A stretch of 64,000 nt of DNA from Syncephalis fuscata S228 (Eukaryota; Fungi; Zoopagomycota). Shown here one piece after another: positions 25,316 through 39,779 of the stretch. The position numbers and the translations under genes are program-made. Each line of letters begins with the position of its first letter. Positions within the stretch are counted from its first letter, which is position 1. The notes under the pieces were generated by a model that worked only from the letters and a program-made list of their open reading frames with translations, was not told the DNA's origin and searched no databases. The stretch is from NCBI GenBank assembly GCA_025786725.1, contig JAHLTZ010000044.1, positions 90,477 through 154,476 of the forward strand, read 5' to 3'.

Positions 25316-28300
25316 TTAGCTTAGACGCTGGCAGTAACTGGCGGGAAACCACCCAATACCGCCAGTATCAAGATCTTTTCCATACCACCAATCACCTTCT
25401 TCGTCTAAACTGATCACGCCAATGGTCGACCCTACTGAACTTAGCGGTAGCTCACCCGGTGTATCATTGGCCGGTGTGTATGGATATAGACTAAGACAAA
25501 TGAATAGATAACGGGCCGTTGGTTCGGCTTGATCCTCGCTAATACATACATCGGCACTAACACTCGATGATAGTTTTGAGTGACCAAGCTTTTGATCGCT
25601 GGATGCAGTAGATGGTTCGTTGTCCGCTTGTTGTGGCATCGTTTCTATATTTTGTAATTGACGGGCTATAGTATCATTAGCATTATCAATATTATTATTA
25701 ATGTTAGCAATCAATAGTCAATATGAATGTTGGCTATTACCTAATACACCATTAGGTGCTAGACCGGGTAAGGATCCATGTGATACTATACCAATAATGG
25801 TTATTACATTATAAATGACTATTTGGACCTGATCTCACCTGATCGGCGTAATCCTTTCATTTTACGACGTATTGCTGTTGCCTGTACTGATGGATCAATA
25901 ACATCACCAGGTAAATCCTCCGAGTGTCGTGTGATATTCGATTCACGCGATAGCTGTTCTATTATACTAGGCGGCTTGGACGAGTAATTGGCTATTGATA
26001 TATACACATTCGTTAATTATAATACATAATTACCTATGCTGCTACTTACATTGACGCGCACTGATGTTTTGTAGTGAATCGTCGCCGATTGAAGTAGTAG
26101 CGCCTACCGCTAAAGAGTAGTTACAAAGAATTAGTGCAATTCTAAAACGTATCGCCCATCTAGTCTACTTACTAAGATCACGCCAAGATCCATTAACTAC
26201 GCTAAGCTCCATCAAAAGTGTTGTAAAACCAAATTCACCTTCCATAGCATTTTGGTGATCGGCCACGACATCTTTTATGTCACCACGACAGAACCCTTTA
26301 GCTTTTAGCTGTTCAAATGTATCCTTTGATTCTTCATTCAGTCGTCGATAGGTATCAGCTTGTAGTTTGGCCAGATCAAGGGCAATTAAGTTAAATATAC
26401 GACCAGTACATTGGAAAAACAGCGGCAGCTCCTCAATAAGCTGAGCATTAATAGCCACGTAAGTATTGGCCGATGCTTGGGTCATACGATCGGGCTAATC
26501 AATCCTAACATTAGCATCCAAATTGATATCAATCATAGCCAACACATTTACCTTATCATTACGCTGTTTCATATCTCGAACTCGATCATAATCAATCAGT
26601 TTCTTGGACCGTTTAGTAATCACCGCATGTGGTCCTTTATACAGTTCAAGTAACCGTTCAATAGGCTCCCGCACCAATAAACGTACATCACGTTGCTATT
26701 CATTCACAAGTAAGCTTTGCATGTTACAGTTCGTATTTACTACTTACCGCATTTTGCCATGTTTCTGTAGCAATTCGAGCCATACACGCTCTATAAGCAA
26801 GAATCTGTTTACCGTGGCTTATTTTCCACAATGGATCCCGCGACACTAAATAGATATCTTCAAATGATGTGGCCTGGATACGCTGCCATTCAAAGTAGGC
26901 TACATAAAGTGTATTATTAGTAATGGCACGCGTACAAATAATATAGCTATTAACCTACTTCTTAAATTCTGTACCCAAGATTCAGCATCTTCTAAGAATA
27001 CACGAATCAATCGTTGTTGCAATAGGAACCGTTCATATAATTCATTAAATTGTTCATCAACCTAATATATATTCAATTAGCCAATAACAGATATACTAAT
27101 CAATAATGACGTACAGATTCATCCAATCGACCGGCTCGTTGTAATAGTTTACGTGTATTACGATTAAATCGTTTTTGAAGACCATGTCTATAGTAAATAG
27201 TAAACATATTAATACAAAATACCAATTTAACTTTAACTACTTACCGAATCTAAGTAAATAAATAAATTAATACAATACAATACAATACATCAAATGATCA
27301 TTATTTATAAGTAATAATTAATAAAATAATACACTTTTACTTACATCAACACTACGCTTCCTACCACCTACAATACCTTCAACCACTTCTTTTCTTCGTT
27401 TTACTTCATTAATACGATCAGCCATATTTTGTAATTCGCCACTTAATCGAAGCAATTGTCGATGATCTGAATGTTCTGCATCCGTATGTTTAAGAATTTC
27501 CTATAATGACGTATTAATAAACATCTATAGTCGATTGACTATCATTATTTACCTGAATAAGTAATGGATACTTTAATACACGTTGTACCGGTTTAATCAA
27601 CAATGATCCCAAATCCCAACTTGTCGTCTTTCCGGCCAATTGTTCTTTACAGCTCTATATCATTTACTAATATATTAATATATAAATATAAATATTATTA
27701 CAAATAACTTACCATAAAGAACTTCATGTATTGTGATTGCGATTCTAAATCCTGTAAACGTTCCATGGCCGCATCAAATCGTTTACAATAATCTGCATAA
27801 ACATATTCCATCCGTTTAAGCTATAAAAATAAATATGATTATCCATAATTAATATATAGATATAGATATATACATTAATATTCACTTACTTGATTTAAAA
27901 ATATACTACCTATGTTGCCACCATCATTGATCTTTTCTGATTTAGTAGGCATTTTAAATATAAATGTTTTACCATCATTTTTAGCCATCATTTTACTCGC
28001 TTCAGCCAATTCTTTAAGAAATATATCGGCATGTTCTTTAACGTGTTCGATATTAGTGAATAGCACTCGAATATCCAATGGTCTAAATAGCGGTGACACT
28101 TTAGCCGCCTCGTAATAGACGTCGATAAGTACGGCCAGATCACTGGCAAATGCTGCCTCGGTGTTAACGAGTTCCGACACGACCATTCTACGCCGTTCAG
28201 CCGCCTCGGCCAACTCTAGGGCAATATCCGCTTCGGCAATAACATCAGTAATAAAACGCGAATCCTTTAGCTCAACACTTCTAGATCGCGATAGTGTACT

Positions 28301-30942
28301 AAGTCGTGAACCACGTCTTTGGGTCGATGGATCCGTAAGTGCATCCAACGGTTTAGACACCATTGTTGAATCGGTCGTATAATAATTAGACGATGAAATA
28401 CGATGAAACTTCGTTGGTGATTTAAGAGCCGCCAATACCAATGCACTCTGTCGACTAATACGTACACCTTGCAATATTTGTTCTTCTAGTTTTGCCGGAC
28501 TGGTTAATGTATTTCTCGCGGCTAAAGCAATAAATTGCTGCTGTTGTTGCAATCGATGCTGTCTCTGCATTTGATCAAGCACACTCAAGTCATTACCCCT
28601 TTTAAGTCCTTCGCTTTCGTGCATAGGTATAGTTCGCTGTATCCTACGAGAATCTACCATTGTTTTACCACGTTGTCGACTAGCAGAGCGCACGGGTGGT
28701 GTAGGCGGTACAGGTGGCTCTCGTTGGTGTATAGGGCCACTGGTAATGCTCGACTCGGTGTCACCTTTATGATAGGAGCAGTGTTACTATGAGTACGATG
28801 CCGTACTGATTGTGATCGAGGTACTGCAGTTGATAATAACGATGATGACTGTGTTGAAGTATTTCTAAATCCATCGAGTGATGAAGCACGTCCATGAAGT
28901 GCTATTGATGTATTACTACGGGTGTCCTCTCCTTTAAATGGATGTTTATTCGTACGTGGTTCATCTAATGGACCGATTAATGCTGATTCTGACTTTGAGT
29001 GACCAGCATGATTGGCCCGATTAGCCTTGGATATATTTCGTTGGGCTATATAACCTGAAGCGAGTCCATTATCGCGTGCCTTTTCATTCATCAGTTGTAA
29101 AGCCTCTTTACCGAATACTGAGGCAATGGATGGATGCTTTCCTCGACCACCACTCATAACATCTTCATCTGTATCGGGTGATTTGGTATTTGATGAACTT
29201 GTGGTACCATTGGAGTTCATACTATCCCCGGCCATTTCTTCTTCTGACAATGCTTTAATAGTAGAGAATATACGCTTTCTTCTGGTCTGGTTAGCTGAAT
29301 GGGAACGACGGGGTGTACTTTTTGACAATGATCCAATTTCTACTAATGGAGGAGGTGTTGATGCACTACTTGCCGTTGATAGTGGAATACTAGGCATTGA
29401 AGGTATCGATGATATGGATGACATTGAAGTATTAGACCCAGCTACTTCATAGTCATCTTCTTTCGCTTTAGTGACATCCTGTGTCTTATCTTCAGGTATA
29501 GTAAATACATTACTGGTACGAGAGGCTACCTGTTCAAGTACATCTTTAGCGTATAACTGTGATCGAGTACGTGGTCGTCGGTATTGTGTCTTTGAAGGTG
29601 TCCGCTGTAAATCGGGTGCCGATACACTTTGTTTATTATGCAACACCTAAGCAATACTATTAATTCAACTACAATAAATAATCTAACTAATGACTTACCT
29701 CTGATCCTCATCTTCATCTTTATCTTTATCTTCATCTTCATCTTCATCTTCATCTTCATCTTCTTTAATCTCATTTTTAAGCGTTGATAATGGTCTACCA
29801 AAATGAGGTTGAGGTGATTCAAGTGGTAATGGTGAATCTGATTCTGATTCCATATCAATGGCACTTGTTGCTGTAGTCAATAAAGTACGTAATGAAGTAT
29901 CAATGGCAATGCCTCCGCTTTTAATTACTTTCAATTTTGCACCCATACTCGTTAAAGGTTGTGATGGTGATGGATGTAGTTCAGTAATCAATGATGGCAT
30001 AGATGTGTTACTATTACTTTCTGTATTTGTTGTTGTTGTTGTTATTGCTTCTACTAATACTGTTACATTTGTGATTGATTTAGTTGATTCAACAGTGGTT
30101 GATGTTAAAGTATTAATCTTATTTGATAAATGTTCATTATCATTTGAATTACTATTTGTAATTGTATGATTAGAATATTCACTCTGCTTATTAACATCGT
30201 TGAATGATTCATTGATAGTATCAGTTTCTGATGCTGATGCTGCTACTGCTTCGGCTTCAGCTGCCTCCATCGCTTTAGTTAACATTTCAAGACTTGGCAT
30301 ATTAGATCGCCGTGTTTCTCCCCAGACTGACATTGATCCAAATGGTGATGTTAGATTAGACACCGGCGATGATAGTGTTGAAGTACTGGGCGATGAGTTG
30401 GCACTTTCAAATTTGGCACGCAAATCATTAAAAGCCTTGCCACGTTCAGTGATAACCCGGCCAGATAATCGATCTGATGCTGATTTGGGTCCTGCCGAGC
30501 TCAATGGAGAACTATTAGGCGGCAATTGTTGGGTATTTAATTTTAGACCGCTTTTTATTGCCTTGGCACTTGCACTGTTCGTCGATCGATGGTGGCCATG
30601 ATCCGGCACTGAGGTGGCCATTTCATGTGTATCGTGTGTTGTTTTGGCCGTCGCGTTCGTCGGCAATCGTTCACTCGCCCCTCCATTCTGGCTTCTAATC
30701 GATGACGATCGAGTGGCGTTGCTTCGAGTTAGACTGCTACTTCGCTGACGAGTCTGAATATCATTAGTGCCATTGCCCGCCTGCGGTAACGGTGTATACG
30801 GTGAATTAGACGGAGTTTTACTTATATCAAGCACGGTTGGCGTGGTCTCTGTCGTTAAACCCGCCGACAGAGATGTATTTTCTCCGCTAGATTCCGCGGC
30901 CAACGATGCTAGATTAGATGGTGTGGTTGTTGTTACAGTCAT
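25316..30942 (-). CDS. RhoGEF (DH)-BAR-SH3 protein (Tuba/Gef1-like) with a long S/T-rich N-terminus
   Basis: DH motifs RRMVVSELVNTEAAF and WDLGSLLIKPVQRVLKYPLL; BAR-like ITKRSKKLIDYDR and INAQLIEELP; C-terminal SH3 WWYGK...GWFPASYC. Many introns, a frameshift near 28690, and an uncertain start. Confidence 0.85.
29703..29765. repeat. (TCTTCA)n coding microsatellite encoding poly-ED
   Basis: Tandem tcatct/ttatct units giving EDEDEDEDEDEDKDKDEDED. Confidence 0.85.
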
Positions 30943-32091
30943 AACCAATGGTTTGAGGCGTGCAAACGGAAGCCCGCACCTGGTTAGAGTGGTAGACCGA
31001 TAGGAATTGTAAGGAAACGAATGAGCGGTAATAAACGCTCGCTGTCCATATACCAATAATACAAATGTTCAATAAAACAACGGAAACACAATCCACAGAC
31101 AAATGGCCAGCTAGCTCGCTAGCTAGTTAGTTAGTAGTTAGTTAACAACAAAGATAGAGCGGTGCAAAGAAGATGGTGCAAGAGAGAGAGAGACTAAACA
31201 GAACCAATGTAAAGATAGGACGAGGTTGGAAGAAGCGACACGACCACTAAACCGGCAGTCCAGTCACTAACCAAGAATAGAGTAGGAATTATCGAGGACT
31301 AGTACACAGATGAGTGCGCAGCAGTGTGTTTTAGTCTAGAGCAACAATAGAAGAGACAGTAACACTGGAATAAGTAGTGTGATAGTGTAGCGGTAATAGT
31401 GGTGGTGGTGTGGTGGTGGTAATAGTAATAGTAATAAGCAGTAATAGTGGCAAAGGTAAGTAAAACTTGTTATTGTTATCACAATGCACACACACATGCA
31501 CACATTCTCTCTTATTCTCTCCCTCTCTCTCTCTCTCTCTAATGCCTTTATTGAGTTCAAGCAAGCATGTGTGCATGCACATACACACACTGTGGTTCTT
31601 TCTCAGTCATTTCTGGTTTCGAGATCTTGTTTTCCATAGTCCTTGTCTGTGTGTATCCATATGTATAAGTATCATGCCATATCTTGTGTACATTTATGTT
31701 GAAACAGTCGATCAAGGTAGGGAGTACAATATTTTCAAATGTATCCCAAGACTACATCGTTATTGTTTTCATTACAAAGGTTTATCATGTCTATTACCAA
31801 TAACGATATCATCTAATGGATGCTGCAGTATAATAGATGTCTATAGTTACGTATTTATATAAATTGAGGGGTGTGTGCGTGGATAGGCGGTGTTTCAATA
31901 TGTGTATAATTCCGCACGTTTAATGACAGCAGTACCAAAAAAGGTAATTCATATCTTTATTTGTAGGACGAGTCAATCCATCAGTCAATAAATAAATCCA
32001 TTTAATAATTATTGATTAAATAGTTAATTAATTAATTAAATGATTACTGGATTGGCTATTTAAATCATTGAAGTAATTTAAACAAAAAACT

Positions 32092-32974
32092 TCAACGATT
32101 GGCTTTCTTTGCCGGTGGCAGTACAAACTTGGTTCCTTCACCTGATTGGCGACCATTAAGCATAAAGCCTACCCATGGAACAATATTCCAATGTAGAGAA
32201 AAGGTGACGCTTTGTTTACTGAAATAGTATAATTGCCAGTAATCAGTTAGTTAATTGCTTAATGCTAATAATAACCAAGTATAGAGTATATTACCTATCA
32301 AATGTGCGGCGAATATTGTCTAAGCCGTATTTATGTGACATGCCACGTAGTTTTAATTTTGCCTCTTCAACCGACAACACCAGTGTGTCCCAAACAGCAA
32401 TTTGGTTCTTTTCCTATAATAAATACATTTGTTAATACCAATCATTGTTCAATAGTATGGATAGTACACACATATGATTTACTTTCATATTCAGCCACTA
32501 AATTGACATATAATTGTTTTGTATTCCAGTTAAACAATGAAGTCAGATCTAATCGTGGTTAGTTTAGAATAGACCGTTCGTTACTACGCCTATCATTAAA
32601 TACTACACGCCATTATCTACCTGCATCCATATCTATTTCCGTAAAAACAAAATCTCTTGGTACACCTCCATCGCTGTAAGACGTATCAAGGCTGCCGTGG
32701 TATCTGGTAGAAGAACACGGTCAGCTTCATTTACTTCATCTACTAGTGTACTCGAATCGTTGTATCGATCTCGTCAAGTATTCTTTTTACGACAGGCAAT
32801 TCATAGATTCGGTATGGCTACTTACACTTGGATATTGTTTACAGCAATATCTGCACTAGGTGCGACACTTGGCAAAGCAAGCCAGCCCGATAACATTGCT
32901 AGAGGCAGCAATATTAAAAAGCCGGTGGTGGCCGTAGCCGTTACCACGTTAAGTCGCTGAAGTAGCGAGTACAT
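32092..32974 (-). CDS. SPC3: Signal peptidase complex subunit SPC3/SPC22, multi-exon (missed by the ORF track)
   Basis: Spliced reading MYSLLQRLN...DLTSLFNWNTKQLYVNLVAEY...NQIAVWD...FSLHWNIVPWVG. Confidence 0.92.
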
Positions 32975-33227
32975 TGAATAAAAGATGACAAAAAACGAGT
33001 GCTGACGCAGCAGTAATCAAGAGAAGAGATCTGTAAAGAGAAATAGGAAGTAACGACTAAATGAGTTAATTAATATTCGTTTCAATTTGATATCCATAAT
33101 AATAATAATTAATAGTCAACCATTAATAGACAAGTACACTGAATTATAAACAACACAACAATTACAAACATATAGATTCAATTTAATTGGATTAAAGGGT
33201 ATACCGTCATTTATATGATAAATTGAA

Positions 33228-34299
33228 CTAGGCACTCGATTGAGTAATTGTATTGACCAGCCTACACCAATGTTAATATTACTCGTTATCCGGCCATGTA
33301 CCACTTGCCAGTCTAAGCCTTCCGTTAGACCTTCGCCTTTAACAGCGCTTGTCTTGAAGATGGTCCAGGTTCGCTGGCGTAACGTACTTAGACCAAGTGC
33401 CTCGGTAACCTCGACGTCTGTCATGGCACCTGGCATATCCTATGTAACGTGGCAGTTACACGGTAACATGGTTTCGTTAGCTATTTAAGCCCATTCACTT
33501 TTAAACTCACCTGTTTATTAGCAAATACCAATAGTGTAGAGTTTTTCAATTCTTCTTCCTATTGTAAAGTGATTAGTTAGTAAATACGTAATCAAATAGC
33601 AATTGGTATTAATTTTTACGCACTTCAAGCATTGACATCAACTCTTCTTTACTCGTACTAATACGATCTCGATCACAACTATCCACAACATAGATGACTG
33701 CATCGGTATTTGCATAATAACAGCGCCAATAGGGTCTATTAAAACATTGATACACATTACATTATCGATTGACAATACTAGTAATTGGGCTAAATAAATC
33801 ACTTACCGAATACTAGTCTGACCTCCAAGATCCCAGACTATTAACAAATATTCATTGATTCGTTATATTATATAATTAGAAGGCACTCTATACATCCATC
33901 ATCTACTTGCCTTGGAATTTTATATTCTTATAGGTTACCGTTTCCATATTGAATCCAATAGCTATTAAGTAATAAATAGGCATTATCGTCTTTATAGATA
34001 GCAACTCTAGCCAGTTGATTACAACTTACTTGGAATAGTTGAAATTACTTCTCCCATCTTTTATTATTGTTATTGTAAATAGTAAATATCTATATAGTGC
34101 TTTGTTCTATACAAACAACCTACTTGCATTCGGTAGAGAATCGTCGTCTTGCCAGCTCCATCGAGACCGAGAATAAGGATGCGCACCTCCTTTGCGCCCC
34201 AAATAAGACGAGAGAATATACTAGAAAATGTTTGACCTAGATGCATACCTGGTAAGCACCAGGGCAACAATACTACAGCCTAGTCATCTACTTACCCAT
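33228..34299 (-). CDS. ARL1: ARF-like GTPase Arl1, 9 exons
   Basis: MG N-terminus, [36 protein letters not shown] and [10 protein letters not shown]. Confidence 0.95.
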
Positions 34300-34595
34300 A
34301 GTCAAGTTGTCAAAATGTAAAGTGTGCTGTTTAAAAGGAATTCGATAGACAAAAAGTTGCAAGTTTAAGATGAATCGGGAAACAATTGGTTCTCCTTTAT
34401 GATCAGTGTATTATATTAATGGAATTAGCATTGTGATGATTATTAATTGTATTGTTATTAGAATCAAATAATAAAACAATATTTATTTAGTTTAAAGTGT
34501 GTAAATAAAAAGTAGCTATACTATATTTATATAAAATAATCATTTAAGAATACAAAATATTATTGCAAAACAATAGAAAGTGCAATAAGAATGAA

Positions 34596-37500
34596 TTAAG
34601 TTTCGTTGGTTAAAGGCTGGCCACATAGTTCGCTAAGTGCCCGCATCTTAGTCATATATTCTTTACGCTTACGGGTCAGTACTAGGGACATCTTATTCTG
34701 CATTGCCGAGTTGGGTTCACTAATGGAATGGCGTGGATTACGACCGCTATCGTTATCATCACTATGCTTTGAAGACGGGGTGTGCGTGAGAGAGCGGTTA
34801 GATTGTAGTACCGTCTTTTCAAGAATAGTAATTTCCGCTCGTAGACGTGTTAATCGTTCGAGTGACTCGGCAATCACCGGATCGTTACCACGACGACGAG
34901 CTGCCTCTGTCCATAGCTTTGTACTGGCCCGCAGATCGTCTGAAGTGTGCACGTTGCGTAGTCGGTGTAGACGAATGGCCGATGGTGATACCTCACTGGT
35001 TGTACTCATGGTGGGTGAAACGAGCATGGACATACGACGGGTTTCGCCATCAGTATCGCTCATACCACTTTTAATTTGATCGGCAAGGACAGCATCTGTT
35101 TCAGAGGCCGTTACTCGATGGCCTAGATTAGCTGCAGTCGATGCTAATTGTGATGCTGGTGGTGGTGATGGCGAGTTTGAAGCCTCTGAAGCATTGCGTT
35201 GTTGTTGACGCAACTGCATACGCAGTGCATCAAGTTCGGTAAGTGTTGCAGAACGTTCACGTAGTTCATGTTCAACCATAGAAGCAGTAGCGCTGACTAC
35301 TGAACTGGGTGACAATAGACTCATATCAAGTTTACCGTCATCGTTTATATCGGACGGCGCAGATCGACGTGCTTTCACGTCTAAATCACTATTGTAGCTA
35401 CGTGAGCGGGCCATGGACGGTGTACTCTGGCCGCTATAACAACCATTCATGTCAAGATCGGTCGATGATGGTAGCCGTTCAGTTGTGGTACCGCTCAGTG
35501 CTGATAATACACTGCCTAGTGGACTACCTGCCATTTCTGATATCAATGTATCGGCACTAGATGCCCAGCTTAATTGGCTTTGGTGTGAATCAGATGGCAG
35601 TGCCAAGTCAACACCAGCAGCACCAGTACGACGTAGACTAGACAGTTCGGATAAATCACGATTGAGTCGAGGATTTGGAGAGCGTAGTAAGCCACCATTA
35701 TTGCTGGATGGTGATCCAAGTAGTCGTGGTCGAACCCGACGAGTTGTAGCAGTTGGTGTGGATGCACCTATCATATCGTCGAAATAGCCAGGTGTGGGCA
35801 ATGATCGATATGAATTCGACGTTGATACTGACGAGTTGGATCCACGTCGACGATGCATACCAACACTGCCAGCACTGACACTACCAGCACCACCCATGGG
35901 TATGCCAAGTGTGTTTAGATTAAGCGTAGCGTCAAGTCGTTCGCTAAACAGAGACATGGCATTATCAAGGTCGCCAGTCAGCTCTTCGTCCATTAGCTTT
36001 TTGCGTACTTGTTCCAAAACAACACGAACTAGCTTCTCGTTGCGTTCACGTTGAATGCGTAGTTCATGTGCATACGTTTCAAGATGTTCGGCTAAATGGT
36101 CACGTTGCCAACGAGCACGATCTAATGCACGTAGAATTTGGCGCTGTCTACGGCGGCGCATGCTATTTGACACTTCTGTTGCATTGCTGTCGCCATCCTT
36201 GGCCGTTTCCGAGTCCGAGTCCATCTCATCATCGCTTTGTTGTGGTGATGATGGAGAAGATGCAGCCGCAACATATATGCGATGGCCATCAGGCAGCTCG
36301 AGTTGCCATGGCTCAGCCAATGCTTCTGAGTGTTGTAGCACTTCATTTTGTCGTTCTGCGTCATCGTTCAATCGTGTTTGTAGTCGGTCCAATTTAGTCG
36401 TAGCCGCCGTTTGTTCGGTGCGTAAACGCTGTTCAACACTGCGCCAATGCTCATGCGAGTTACGAAGTTGCATTTCAAGCATTTCCTCACGCTCTTCGGC
36501 CTCTTCTCGCTGTACACGCAGTGATCGTTCAAGCTGAGTAATGCGTTCATCGATATTTAGTGCAGATGGCGAAAGCGGTGCTGCCATATCTTCGGTAGTC
36601 TCTGACTCAAAACCTGACTCTTTATCGCCTTCATCGTCTTCAGAAGCAGTAGATGCACTATTATACCGATCTTTACTTTCACTTTCATCGGCAGTGGCCG
36701 GGCCAGGCGACAAAAGACCAGCTTCTTGTTCTTGTTGGCGTATTTTATCGTTTAATTGATCAATGCACCGACTTTGTGCTTCACGATCACATAATAGATT
36801 GGTAAGTACACGATGAAGTCGTTCATGAGCTAATTTAGCACGTTTTAGCTGCATTTGTGCTTCTTGATCCGGCGAATAAGCAACTTCATCTTCGGCCAGT
36901 CTTAATGCCTGAGCTGCACGCATTTCTTGCTTTGTAAGCGTATGAATATCAGCTTGAATTTCATTAAAATTTTCTTGTCGAATTTCTAACTGTAGACGAA
37001 GTCCAGCATCAATGACACCACCATTAGCATCGCCAGCTGATCGAGGACGGCGCTTATTAAGCGAACGGTGACGACGTCGACGTCGACGACGTTGTGATTT
37101 AGGCAATGATTGTCATTTGCCACATTTAATAGCCCCTGTGATGGTACTGGCTCTTGAGGAATAGACGGACGCAACTGTCGTCGTCGTCGATCCATGCCGC
37201 CATCTGTATCATTTTCGTCGGTAGAAGCAATAGCATGAAGTGCTGTATCAGCTACATGGCTATTGGTCTCTGTGCCGCGTTCATCATCATGATTATAAAC
37301 TGATAGTCGGCTTTTGTGCAGATCATCACATGTTGCCAATGAATCAGCCATCATGACTAAACTTTGATTAGAGCCAGGCTGTTCTCCAAACGTATTACGA
37401 ACATTGACTTGTAAATTTGCTGGTGCTAGCATTTTAACGCCATCTGTCTTTGGATTTGCCATAGCTGATGATGAAATCGACAATGGCGGTGCTGGTGCAC

Positions 37501-39779
37501 AAGGCAGACTATTCTGTCCAACGGCACTTAATGATGCACGCAAGCCGATGGCCATATTCTGATAAGATGATTTATGTGATAATGCTGACGGTGCCATGAC
37601 TGGATGTTGAGGTGGTGATGGCATTTGTATACTGCTATCATCGGTAGTAGGTGTACCAAATGATGATGATGTAGGTGTGATGGCCGGATCAGTCATACGT
37701 CGTGGCATGTCACCGCCTACTCGACAACGATCGTCGTGACTTTGAAAGCGACGATGCATTGTACGTGGTGTTAATGGCGACCCATCACTACCATATTGCA
37801 CATCATGGCCACTATTTTGTATCGAAATGTGAAGACGTGGTGGAGGCGAACGTGGCAATGGACTAGCAAGTGGCACGTCCCCTTCTACCGCCACAGTTGA
37901 CGAGTGAGTTTGGATAAGTGAAAAGCGCAACTGGGCCGAAGAGGCCGTTGATGAGCGTGAGTGAGCCGAATCACGCTGTGACACTTCAGATGCACTGCTA
38001 TTAGCAGCAGCCCGAGGTAATCTTAATGCGGTAGGCGTTGCTACATGTACATCGGCCATAGCATCATTGATAGAAGCAAAGGAGGGCGACGACGAAGGTG
38101 GCAAAGGAAAGTCGTCGGTAAGTCGCTGTAATTCTTCATCAAGATTATTTCTACTATTTACCGACTTTTGTATTTCTGAATGGTGCTATAATAAATGAAT
38201 TAAGTAAATAAAATTAAATAAATGAATGATTAATTAGTTAATTGATTAGATTATCATAATAAAAGCATCAGCATCATTAGTATTAGTTGTTTCATATAAA
38301 TGTAATTAATCACTTACTAGCAAAGCAATGCTTTGTAATTCTTTTGATTGAGCCGCATTGCGTAAAAGTGAGCTGGGTGGCATTGTTGTGGGTGGTGGTG
38401 GTGTTATCATTGGTGGTGATGGCATTTGTGAACGTAATAGCATTTGTTTGTGGGCTGTCTCTTGACACAGCCGGTGTAGTGATGAATGAGCTGCTGTGGC
38501 TTGGGGACCATTGGCGGCTTTTTCGGCCAATGCCACTACATTCCGGCCCTGTTGATTCACAGCCAGTACTGAAGCGCCATGGCGCAATAATACGTGAGTT
38601 ACTTCACGCTTTCCATTGGCAACTGGACGTGGTGACGGTGTACGATGTCGATAAAATGCAATACGTGTATTGGTGGTTAGCATGCTATCATTAATAATTG
38701 TAGGCGGTACCGGAGTAAGAAAAAAAGGAAAGGAAAGAAAACGACGACTCAAGCATTTGATACAAGTATTGTGACTATCCGATCGTCACTACAATCAATA
38801 CTAAAACCATTCCTATTACAATAATGCTGATAATTGTCTTTAAATGGCCAACCCGGCCCCTATCCCATTTTGTATAGGTGGTGTATCCACACGTGTCCTC
38901 TCCTCTCTCTTTTACACACACACATTCTCTCCTTTTATTAATTATGCTTACCTGCATGCATCAGCGCCGTACGACGTTCCATGTCACGGCCGTCCACCGC
39001 AACAGGTTGACCGGCAGTTAATAATAATTCAACTGTGCGTGGCTTGCCCAGAAATGCCGCCAGTCCCAGCGGTGTCATATTCATGGCGGCAACCGTTGGC
39101 GTTTCACGTGTAACGCGGGTCAATTGTGGATGACACAATAAATACTCGCGCACTATTGTGAGATGTGAGGGATGTTCAAGCGACAAATACATCCGATTAG
39201 CCGTGGCATATTCGATAGTATCTTGGCCAAATATTGCACAATGGAGAGCAGACCTAATTCGAAACAAACATTATACAGCACATGGTTAATAACGACCGAA
39301 TTAGCCAAGTCAACGTGTAACAGATAGAAAGGAGAAGCGGGAGACTGTCCCGCTTGAAACAATTGTGTGTTTTGTCTATCACTCCTTCGCCTCCTTCGCC
39401 TCCTTCTACAAGTTAATCACATGTACTTACCGTCCTAGACCGTCAAGCTGGTTAACATCAGCGCCTGCGTCTAGTAGTATTTGTACTACTTCGATATGGC
39501 CAGCTAAAACGGCAATATGAAGTGGATATGCAGTATAAGTATCTACGGTCACGCCGCCGTTAACGCCGCCATTCGTACCCCCATTGCCTAGATGGGAAGG
39601 GTCGGTTGCATTAGCAAATAGCGCGGATGGCGTTCGCTGGCTGGTCCAAGTCGAATCCGGCGTATTTGGATCGTCGTGACCATTATCCAAGCTATTGGCC
39701 GCGGCCTTTGTTTTATCAAAAAGTCTTTGGCGTAATAAAGTGATATTGTTATTGGCTGCGGCCTGCACAGCGACATCAT
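34596..39779 (-). CDS. Large protein with N-terminal ankyrin repeats and low-complexity/coiled-coil C-terminus
   Basis: Ankyrin motifs YPLHIAVLAGHIEVVQILLDAGADVNQLD, SALHCA, TPLGLAAFLG and RTALMHA. Long ORFs 36986-38104 and 34596-37106 join across a probable frameshift near 37110. The single-gene model is inferred. Confidence 0.7.

Noticed and set aside
34606-36759. Several antisense ORFs over the coiled-coil gene, and over the RhoGEF N-terminus
   Set aside because: Shadow ORFs of a long coding frame on the opposite strand.
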